A stretch of 64,000 nt of DNA. Source: Eledone cirrhosa (Eukaryota). This document shows positions 26,655-38,022 of the stretch, piece by piece (within the stretch, counting starts at the first letter, position 1; every line of letters starts with the position of its first letter). The stretch covers positions 33,294,001-33,358,000 of the forward strand of contig OZ024746.1 of NCBI GenBank assembly GCA_964016885.1, in the 5' to 3' direction. The translations under genes and the position numbers were made by a program. The notes under the pieces were generated by a model. That model was not told the origin of the DNA, did not search any database, and saw only the letters and a program-made list of their open reading frames with translations.

Positions 26655-27232
26655 AGGGAAATTTTAGTAAGTAAGTTAATTTTTATAATTTTCTTATTTT
26701 ACGTCTTTCATATAATTGTTCTGCATCCCCTTGCATTGAACCACAAAGTTGCTAAGACAAAACCTATATATTTGCTAGCATAGGTATGCATCTGTATATA
26801 TATGTTGGTAGATATACTAATTCTTTATAATTATCTCCAAATTATTTTGTTGAGCAAAAGTAGGCCAAAACTACTACTATAATTCATCGTAATAGTCCGG
26901 CTACTGTCTTATTAACACCCCACTCCTCACTGATTAACCTCGATGTCACGGGATTGATTCTTTTGAATTTGCCACCGACCAAGTAGGCAGTGATTTTTTC
27001 AATGTCCTGGAATTTAGTCCTCGCTTGTTTTCTTCCATCCACTGAATTTTTTTTGTATAAGTTCCCTGTGTCCACGCATCGCCTAGGAACTTAGCTGAGA
27101 ATTGACTTCCTGATGACGAAAGGTATTCTCCATGTTCCATTCGGAAACCACGTTTATTCCCTTTCAGAAACTAATTAGTTGGAGTGAAATTTTAGTAAGT
27201 AAGTTAATTTTTATATTTTTTTATTTTACGTC

Positions 27233-27238
<6 letters not shown>
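26651..27238 (+). mobile_element. ~590-bp non-coding element with ~60-bp terminal direct repeats and decayed hammerhead core, within (TA)n
   Basis: ggag.gaaattttagtaagtaagttaattttta..ttattttacgtctttcatat at ~26653-26712 and 27181-27240; CTGATGA cgaa..ttcg GAAAC..GTT at 27110-27154. Confidence 0.6.
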
Positions 27239-27322
<84 letters not shown>

Positions 27323-27347
27323 TTAATTGAATTGCTTCATGTATATA

Positions 27348-27382
<35 letters not shown>

Positions 27383-27428
27383 TGAAGCAATTCAATTAAA
27401 TTGCACTTCTACCACGTATGTATATATG

Positions 27429-27470
<42 letters not shown>

Positions 27471-27927
27471 TACACACACACACACATACATACATGTATA
27501 TATATGTATATATATATATATTGTAGGTGATTCGGTGAATTAATGGTGGTGGTGGTACCAAAAGAAGCATTCTATGTGCAGGCAGAGTTTACATATTAAA
27601 AAAGAACGAAGTTCCGTTTACATGTATTTAGATTTTATTGTATATCGACCTGTTACGCGCATTTCGCAGAGAATTCGCTCAGGTCACCCATAGGACTTAT
27701 GGATCCGACTCTTTAGACTGATGATGCGACTAAACTCTATATTTTTTGTCACATCGCCAGTCTGAAAAGCAGATCAATAATGGAGTCGGATCCATAATTC
27801 CTATGGCTGTCCCTGAGCCAGTCCTCTGGGAAAAGCGTGTATCAGGTAAATATACAAAAAAGATAGAAATACATGTAACATCATCGTTTATATATATATA
27901 TAAATATGTATATATATATATATATAT

Positions 27928-28510
27928 ATATTGTTATACTTTGGGAGGGTCATGTTGCCAATAAGAAACACACGCACCAGTTGCTTTCACTTCAATTTAT
28001 TATATATTTATAAATTTATAAATTTACAAATTTACAAATCTACAAACTTATAAATTTCTGGTTGGTTGGTTGGTTCCACAACCAGATAGTTGTTTATATA
28101 TAGTCATAGTCCTTTCGTCACTCACAGACACCCGGATGTGGCGCATGCGCAAACTGAGCACACAACACACACACAGAAACAAAATGGCGTAGGACAGAAG
28201 AAAGGAAAGGCACAGAAACAAAGAAAGGAATCCCCAGTCACTGAAGAGGTCACAGAGTGTGTGACGAAAGGACTATGACTATATATAAACAACTATCTGG
28301 TTGTGGAACCAACCAACCAACCAGAAATTTATAAGTTTGTAGATTTGTAAATTTGTAAATTTATAAATTTATAAATATATAATAAATTGAAGTGAAAGCA
28401 ACTGGTGCGTGTGTTTCTTATTGGCAACATGACCCTCCCAAAGTATAACAATATCGGTTTCAACACACGATTTCAGATAAAGAATCTTGCTAAACAAATT
28501 CAGAAACGAA
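27928..28510 (+). mobile_element. PLE terminal family B: pLTR with inverted partial copy
   Basis: Near-perfect inverted arms ~27928-28122 and ~28257-28454; 3' end homologous to family A; (TA)n flanks. Confidence 0.85.
28236..28280 (+). ncRNA. Minimal type-I hammerhead motif (family B)
   Basis: Stem I AGTCA/TGACT; CTGAAGA 28241-28247; stem II gtcaca/tgtgac; GAAA 28266-28269; GGAC; CTA triplet. Confidence 0.8.
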
Positions 28511-28604
28511 ATATATATATATATATATTTATTAAATTAACAGATCAAAGTTTAAGCAAACAATCGCTACTTTCACCCCTAACGGGTTCTTCTGAAACTA
28601 TTAC

Positions 28605-28630
<26 letters not shown>

Positions 28631-28636
<6 letters not shown>

Positions 28637-29132
28637 TTGCAAGGTTTGTGATATGAAATCGTGTGTCGAAAAAAATATTGTTATACTTGGGGAAGGTCAT
28701 ATTGTTGTAATAATATTGCCAGAAATAATAACAGAACACACTCGCTATTTGGTTGGTTTTCGCTTCCGAATCGTTCATATCTCCATAGTTAATTTATTTG
28801 GCAATCAATGTTTATCATTGATTGACCAACGGTTAAAAATACAGATATAAATATATATATATGGTCTATCAAAGTACTTTTGTTGCACATCTGCAACATC
28901 ATCAGTGGTACTATTATGTTGTATTGTATTGTAATGTATTGTATTGTAATGTCTACGCCATTTTTATTTATTTATTCTTGTCTCAGTCTCTGCGCATGCG
29001 TTTGCACGTGTGTATAAAGTTTGGTTTGAGTGTATGTGTTTATGCTTTTGCATTCTATATTTGTTTACTATATGTGTTTGTTCTTATTGTAGTTGCGTAT
29101 ATATTTATTTATTTATTTATATTTCCCCTTAT

Positions 29133-29135
<3 letters not shown>
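28631..29135 (-). mobile_element. PLE 3'-terminal family A copy; hammerhead GAAA mutated to AAAA
   Basis: Homologous to 9863-10190 and 24835-25320; CTGATGA at 28899-28905 (minus); stem III AGTACT palindromic. Confidence 0.85.
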
Positions 29136-29195
<60 letters not shown>

Positions 29196-29899
29196 ATATG
29201 GAAAACGAAGAATCAGTGATGTATCGGAACACAATTTATTACGTTAATAAATTGTGTTCCGATGCTTCACCGATTCTTGGTTTTCCATATTATTATACTC
29301 TGCTCCGTAGGAGCATAGAGTTCGCAACCGGCATACCGCCTATGTACGCATCCAAGCAACCTTACTACAAATATATATATCAGAATAGTTTCTTTATGCT
29401 AGCAATGCAGTAAACAGAGCTGACTTCAAAGCCCTTAATTTCATTACCAAGGAAGTAGGAAATAATCCTGAAACTAGATGTGTGTATGCTTGCAACAAAA
29501 TGGGGTGCAATGATGTGAATAATGCGGCGGAAAGAAATACAACTAAAAGAAATAAGAAATACAGACAGGCACTTTAATAATGTACCGCCACTCCCTTCTA
29601 CTGTACCTGAAATGAATGAAAGGAAATTTGACATCGGCTAGGTTTGAACGAAAATTAGGGAGAGTATGATTGAATACTGCAAGCTCATTTGTCTTATGCT
29701 CTGAACACTCTGCCATAATGCCATAGTGTTGAGCATTTCCTCTTAAAAATCATTTCATCGACCACATTACTCACTCAGAGAAGATTACATAAGTTTAATC
29801 ATGATTTGGTATAAAATAAATATATCCCAAGCTACGCCGCTTTTCATCACCTTCTTAGACATTACATTCAACAGAAAGTGAGATTAAACAAGCATATAT

Positions 29900-30330
29900 A
29901 ATGAGAAGATCATGTATATTAAAACGCCGTCCAACCCCACACATCTACTTTTCAATAGCCTACTCGATAATATAATCGAAAGAATATCTGAATAATCGCC
30001 AGACAAATTTATGTTAGTCTAATCACATATTTATATACAAATGCACTATCGAAAATTAGGCGGCATAAAATCAAGAGATAATTCACAGCTAATTCTCTTC
30101 TTTTCACCAACATAATATACTGTTAGTCGATTCTTTGGTTCAAAGTTTATTCTCTCAAATAGTATATAATTGAATATTAACACACCAATGAAAGTTACAT
30201 ATAATTATTTCATGAACATAACTTGAACATACATTGCAGTGGGACATCAAATATTAAAAGTATCATAACAAAGAATCTTACAGCAACACGCGTGCAACGA
30301 AGAAACCTTATATACGATCCCGTAATTAAG
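29900..30330 (+). mobile_element. Possible highly decayed Neptune-type PLE linker region
   Basis: NINTPMKVTYNYFMN resembles [15 protein letters not shown] of the element at 838-2349; weak. Confidence 0.3.
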
Positions 30331-30959
30331 TATTAACATTTTGTTACTTTATTTGCAATATCATAACAAAACAATAACCCACCGTCAATATTATTCAATT
30401 CACACTGTATATTAAATTGCAGTAAATTTGTCAAGTACTGAAGGAAGATCTTATATACATGATACTGGAATATGCAGTATCATGTATTCCGAAGCATCTT
30501 CCATGTTAAACATAAGCAGACATGATATTACACCACTACGTGTAATATGAAGCCTGTTCTCTAAGAATATTAAATTCAAGTCGCTCCATGTCATCTCTCT
30601 CTACATATACTGCTTGAGAAATGTGTAAAGCATCCAAATAACATAACAGCTCAAGATAATTAATAAGAAAGAAACAGAAATAATGTCCACTGCCAACATA
30701 TAACTTGCTTGTAAATAATATATCGTCATCTATCGACATTTAAGTAGGAATAGATATCAGAGGAACACGGTCGGAAATTCACAATTGACATATACATACA
30801 TACATACATGATGGCTGCAAACTCTACTAAGAGTATTGCAATCAATGGTCAGATTATAGAGTTTAGTACATTTTTAGGCTGCCGCCAGCCACATGGGTAT
30901 GTGTAGCTGGCTGTAACATAACCTGAATAAGCAATGCCTGTATTTTGAAGGTTTTTAAG

Positions 30960-31325
30960 TGGGGAAAGGACTTGCACTCGACCAATCCTACTCCCTGAGC
31001 ATCGAAAACACTACCCGAAAAGGAGAATTAGTCAACATCATCGGATGCTTACGAAGTCGCAGGTTTTTTTGCAGAGTTTCCCTCTCCTAGAAAGGTGTTG
31101 TGACAACAACTGGAGCACCCAACACAAATACTACTATTTGGATAGCCGTTGACTCTGTTGAGTTCCCCCACCCTATGCTGGGTCTTGTATTTCATCCCGC
31201 ATGGAGTCCAAATATCCTCGTCACCAAGGTAGCTTGGTATGGTTGCCGGTTTAGTCGCCGACGACCCGACCATGAGACAGATTGTACTGGGTTACATGTT
31301 ACCAGTAGCACTCGAGAGCGACCTG
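30960..31325 (-). mobile_element. Probable 5'UTR fragment of an RTE-like element/SINE with structured 5' end
   Basis: GC-rich island. tttccctctcctaga motif recalls RTE-type 5'UTRs (from memory). Several hairpins; begins next to the (TG)n tract. Confidence 0.4.
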
Positions 31326-31331
31326 ACATAA

Positions 31332-31438
<107 letters not shown>

Positions 31439-32358
31439 TACACACACACACATATATATATATATTATTGTATAAGACTGTTGAAAATATTCATACCTTA
31501 AGGGATTTTGTTTTGTCTTAAAGCAAGTCATTGAATCCTTGAATACGCCAATCTTTACAAAGTGCAGTTATCATTACAAAGAGTAACTTTTCGCCTGTTT
31601 GTCTGAATTCTAGGTTTGCACCACGTTAACCTCGTTCTAATTTATTTCCTGTTCTACCTGATATATATTCATAATCATCGTAACAACGAATATGCATTAT
31701 GGATTGAAATGTTATTATTTCCGGATTAGCACACAGATGTATCTTTCTGTCAGATTACCAGATTTGATATTCCAGATACGTTGGAGAAGAATGTATCTTT
31801 CCAGGAAGGCGAGTGCTTGCCTATTTAAGATTATATTCTCCGATGGATATTCTATTAAACACTGCGAGGAATGGAGACTACGCACACGGGATCATGACAA
31901 AATCCTTTGATATATGTCCATTGGCCACCATCAGAGATATACGATAACCTATAATTGCGAGGGTGGATGACACACCATTTACTTGTATGTCTCAGGTTTC
32001 GGGATTGATCGAAAGGCTGGTTTTGGGGAGAAAAATAAAATATGTAGAATATCGACACAGCAACAACTTTTCGTAACTCTAAGCATACATGGCAGCCATT
32101 GACAGCAAAACTTCTTTGCCTTGGTCAACAATAGGGAAGTCTACAATAAATTTATCTTTGTTCGCGAAGTCAAGGCATTTTTTTCTTAACATATAAATTG
32201 CCGATAATATATTCATAAACCCTTGAAGGCGGTGCCCTAGCATGGCTAAAGATAAAACATAAAAATAATAAATTAAACAAAGAGTATACATACATATACA
32301 AACACAAAGGCACATACATACACACATACATACATACACACATACATACATACACACC

Positions 32359-32395
<37 letters not shown>

Positions 32396-32574
32396 ACACA
32401 CACATATATATATATATACACCAAATAACTGCTTAGAGAAAGAAAAAATGTATATACATGAATAACCTTTCATGTGTGAAGAATTAAACCAATTGTTGTC
32501 ATTGTTAATATTATTTTTATTACGACTACCATTACTATTATCGTTATTACAACCCTACGCCTCCACATCCTCCC

Positions 32575-32635
<61 letters not shown>

Positions 32636-32890
32636 GTTGTTGTTGTTGTTGTTGTTGATGTTACTATTATCATTACGGTCGACTCCGGGGATTTTTTTTT
32701 CCAGTTTTATTTTTTAAAATTTTTTTTCTTCTATTTCATACACAACTTCGTCTATTTGCAATTCTAAACAAGAATTTATTCCGGCAACTGGTGAATATAG
32801 AAGATAGCCAAAATAAGAAAGAAAAAATGATAAAAGTATAAAAAATAGTATTAAGCAAATAAAGCACGCAGTACATATAAATACACAAAT

Positions 32891-32954
<64 letters not shown>

Positions 32955-33133
32955 AAATATATATATGTGTGTGTATAAATAATGTATACACATATGTACA
33001 TATATATAAAATTACACACACACACATTTATATATATATGTATATATATATATATATATATACATGTATATATATATATGTGTATATATATATATATATA
33101 CATGTATATATATATATATAATTATATATATAG

Positions 33134-33263
<130 letters not shown>

Positions 33264-33264
33264 G

Positions 33265-33345
<81 letters not shown>

Positions 33346-33459
33346 GCAGCTATGTGTTTATGAATGCCTCTAACAAGAAGCACGAACACTAAAGTCCTAC
33401 TATGTTAATAGACCTATGCAAAGCAATTCAAACCAATTGAATAGCAATTTCCACGTTTA

Positions 33460-33520
<61 letters not shown>

Positions 33521-33535
33521 ATATATATATATATG

Positions 33536-33578
<43 letters not shown>

Positions 33579-34559
33579 ATATATATATATATATATACGT
33601 ATATTCATGAGTCTGCGTGACTGTGTGGTTCTGTGTGTCTACATATATTTATTTGACTTTATTCAGATACCTATTTTGTTTAATTCTTACTTTTTTTTTT
33701 AATACATACACATACATACACACAGGTATGTATATCCTTACACATACACACAAATACACACACACACACACATACACAAACACACACACACATATATACA
33801 TATGCGTGTGTGTGTGCGTGTGTGCCTGTGTTTGTGTGCTCATGTCTGTATACATAATTGCGTGTATATGTGGAGATATATACATGTGTTACTATCCTTT
33901 CACTTCACCGTCTCTCGTTCTCTTTTTATTTCGATATTTTGGTGCTGGTTTTGGAATTCCGGAAACTAGTTTATATTCTATTATTCGTAGACAGCACGAG
34001 GAACTTGGGGATTATTCACTGTTGAATCTACCATCTATTATAGCTATTTGATTTCTCTCCATTTTATTTCTCTTGTGTTGACCAAAACTTTAGTCGCTGT
34101 TAGTACAAGGCGGCAGTTTTGCCAAACATATATTTATATACTTTAAGTATTGTTTTTAACTATAGTGCTTTAGTAGGAATATTGGAATAGTCTTAGATAA
34201 ATGCCGGATAGAAGTTTAATAAAAGTGTGTCTAAAGTCATGAAGAAAAGATTGATTTCTAACGCTGAAATTTCAAAGTAGTGTAATGAATGTGGCGTTCA
34301 TCTTTTCCATAACGCTTATCGAGTCAATCGCGTTATCGCTATACTGTCAGTATACCCGACAAAAGAAGCACATATATTCCTCTTAACGGATACCTTTCCC
34401 CCATAAATGTGAAAAAGGGATCAATCGACTGATGAAGGCCTTGTACCGATGTCTAACGTAATTGGAACAACGTCAAGTGCAAGTCCGCTTTAGAATGGGT
34501 AGAATCTTCCTCGGACCAACACCATCTCGCCTACGTACGGTCCGCCTCACAACCAAACA

Positions 34560-34890
34560 GTCGTGCTTGGTTCCGTTCGGTGCTTTCCTCATGAATCAGT
34601 ACCATTACTGGAACAGTCGTCGACAATTTGTTCTACACATGTTATCCTGCCACCTTAGTGCCGGCCAGCTCCACCGTCACGCTGTTCTGAACGTCAACAC
34701 AAGGAGCCTCGTCGCATCGTGTTTCCCTTCAGATTTGGAGCCTGCTGGCCTCCACCTTAGTGATAACAAGCGCCACAACGGATTAAATATCTTTCCGTTC
34801 AATAGGGACATATCCCTAATTTGGGACTCAACGTGCAGCGGCTCGTTTTCCGTCTCCAAGATTGTCGCTTCGGCCACAAACTCGGGCTGA
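34560..34890 (+). mobile_element. CRE-like non-LTR retrotransposon RLE-domain fragment
   Basis: HMLSCHLSAG..RHAVLN..LEPAGL..DNKRHNG..FP....LIWDSTC resembles the H.LSC..RH..EP.GL..DGKRPDG..WD.TC pattern. Confidence 0.7.
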
Positions 34891-34891
34891 G

Positions 34892-35146
34892 AATTTCCTG
34901 CTAATTTCCTTCGCAAATTTCCTGCTAATTTCCTTCGCAAATTCGGAAAGCTGTCGGCCTGCTTGGGGAAGGAGCTCCTTCAGGTGGTGTGGCTATTGCA
35001 GTGGTTGTCTTTTGCGTTTCTCCGCGTTAACGCTATTGCTGCTTTGTGCACGGGGAGTGCTTGAGGTTGGGGTGTAGTGACTGTCCCTAACGCTAATGTT
35101 GTTTTGTGCACGCGGCGTGCTTGAGGTTGGCGCGTAGTGACTGCCC
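34892..35146. repeat. Local tandem duplications (24 bp x2 at 34892-34939; 60 bp x2 at 35028-35146)
   Basis: aatttcctgctaatttccttcgca twice; taacgcta..tgtgcacg..tgcttgaggttgg..tagtgactg twice. Confidence 0.9.
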
Positions 35147-35974
35147 ATCCTCCACTCCCTTTCTTTCGTTGCTTTAGCTCTCTTTTTCATTTTCATCTTT
35201 CTTCTTCCTTCTCTGTTCCCTTTAACAGTGCGTTCAGTTTTTATTAGATAAAGCTCAATCATTTTTATATAGCATCAATGGCCTTTCATGACATTATGAA
35301 ATTTTGTATATTGAATAAATAAATCTGTTGATATACAACTATATAAGCATGAAAAAGCAAAGATATAGTAGACAATTTCTTTTTATAAAAGCGGAGGTGG
35401 TATTCACTGCTCTATTGGCGTTTTTCCCCCGTTGATAAACAAAAACACCTATTTGTGGTATTTAGTTTAGTGGAAAAGTAAACTTAATTTTATTTGAATT
35501 TGTATTATCTGCCTAATGGTTTGTACCGGATTATAGTTCCGATAACTGCGTTATAAGAAATTATACATTTTAATTTCAGTTTATTATCCAGGAATTGTGT
35601 CGTAGATTTTATATAACTCATGGTTATGAAAACAAAAATAAGCGGAGGAGCCTGAACGTGGTATGTAAAGTTTTTATTTATTGTTCTCTTGCCAGAACAT
35701 CAGCTCTGATTGATCAGATCTGTAGTATGTAGGCAATTGCCCAACAGTTTACGACTGACCCACATGATTATAGCGTTCAATATATCATAGCTCAGTCTGT
35801 TTGAAACTATACTCCGCATTCAGCCATGTGGTGGTTAATTACATGTGATGCAGGGGTGCAATCTGAGCATATATTGTATACATTGTAATTTATGTTTCTG
35901 TTTTCCCGTGGAATCTAGGTGTAAACACAAGGGAATTTATATCGACATTATATACAAGTTTTAGCTAAATAATG

Positions 35975-36155
35975 GTTTCTGATTTAGGCGCCAGGTAAAC
36001 AATTTTGGGGGAGGTGTAGTCGGTTAAATTGATCCCAGTACGTTACTGGTGCTTTATATTATCGACTATGTAACAATGAAAGGCAAAGCTAACATTTGCG
36101 GGATTAGAACTCATAACGCATGTTGTCCGACGATCTACCGATACTGTCAATCTAG
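35975..36155 (-). mobile_element. Older diverged SINE copy
   Basis: Degenerate match to the SINE core (atgaaaggcaaag..gcgggattagaactc). Confidence 0.65.
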
Positions 36156-37980
36156 GTAAATAATAGTATATATATTTTTTATTTTATCGTTTAGCCCCAT
36201 CTCAATCTTTAACCATCAGATCGAACATTATCGATGTTTCCCCGACGACCCGCTTTTTTTTTCTTACATTATGTATTCAGTAGTATATTAATCAATGCGC
36301 CTTGTTTAAAGATTGTAGGCGGGATTTGAAAAAAATATTGCTATTTCTAGCAGACTGAGTACCCACATAATTAATCCATTACTGGTTTCTTATTCTTGGT
36401 ATATGCAATATATATGGATGATGGTTAGTTAGAATTGTTCTTCTCTGATATTTCAGCTTAAAAGTCAGATAGCGTTTTGCCAAGTGATACCGTATATTTG
36501 TTAAGTTGGAGCTAGATGATAATGCGTTATCGTAGAATAGAAGGTTAGTTTTATAAGTGTGTATGTCCTGGCAATAAGTGAGGTGAAGGATGTTTGCATT
36601 ACTCCCTTTCGAAACATTTCTATAGAAATCTTGTAGTATTAATTGTTTTGTGGTGACGTCGTGATTGTGAGGAAATCAAACATATAAAGTCGCTCTGCTA
36701 CCAATATCGCAACCACGAAATTAACAAGAACAACATTAGGAACTAGAACTTCTACAGCAAATCAACTTCCCAACAGTATAAGGAATTTATTCTCCCACCG
36801 ATGAAATAAACTTGAAGACAACAACGACGAAACCGACGTGGCACTTCTCACCTCCTACTTCTAAAAGATGATGATGACAAGAAGAAATGGTGAGGGAATC
36901 AAGAAGTGAAGGATGATTAAGATGGCTCAACCCAGGATTACAACCTGAATTTTAGTGTGACAGATGTCAACCTAGAGACGAAAAAAGAGGGTTAAATTTT
37001 CACTGGCAATGATCTACCTAAAGCATCAACTACACATGGTCTCTATCTGGTGATGTGACATGCTAGATATAAAAGCTAACTTTATTGATGCATAGCATAT
37101 CGTTCTAAAAATAGGTTGATGTATTCGAAACTTTAGTTTTAGAAAGAAAGTATGTGCTGCTCACGCCTAGAATAATTAATCATATTTTTCTTTTCATCAT
37201 GGCTTGACAAGCAAAATTTGTCTCAGATTGCTAACAAAGTGTATGTTTATACATAATGTGTGTGTATGTGAGAGCGAGAGAGAGAGAGAGAGAAAGAGAG
37301 TTGAGAGAGAAAGAGAGTTGAGAGAGAGAGTTGAGCAGCACATTTAGTGAGCCGCACATTTAGTGAGTAATTGTGAGCAAACGGGTTTATGGTTAATTCT
37401 AACTATAACCTCATTAATATATATATATATATATTATCCCAGTTAACAGAACAGCCAGTAATATAAGTAAAGTGTACTAACTTCATCTTTACCTCGGTGT
37501 TTCTTTACAATTCGGCTTTTATTTTCCCTGAACTGGTGGCGAACTAAATTATTGCTATATACTCGAAGTATATTTTATTTCTAATTTTTGCCGCTATTTA
37601 TCACAGTCCTATGGCGAACGCGAGGTCGTTTCCCCCTCACATTTACGTCACTGTCTGCAGCAGACAATTCTATACTAGCAGTAATCTATTTATGCTCACA
37701 TAGGACAAACAGCTTTGCTCACTCTCTCCATAATTACAAGGTCAGCTTATGACATTCATGCAGAATACGGCTAGCATCACGCAGCCACAGTATTCGGCAA
37801 GTTACAAGTTGCACTTATCGAAGTTTACTGCTTGAGCAAAAACCCTGAGTCCAGACGTACAAGCGCAAATGCCTCATTACGAATATAAACTTAGTACCCT
37901 GAGACAATAGCGCTTGACAAACGTTCCAACTATTGAGTGAGCAAACGGGCTCATGCCTAATACCAACTATAACCTTGTCA

Positions 37981-38011
<31 letters not shown>

Positions 38012-38022
<11 letters not shown>

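Noticed and set aside
34426-34460. CTGATGAaggcc..ccga as a hammerhead
   Set aside because: GAAA and stem III are missing.
34892-35146. Short direct repeats as a CRISPR-like array
   Set aside because: Only two adjacent units each, no spacers, eukaryotic context.
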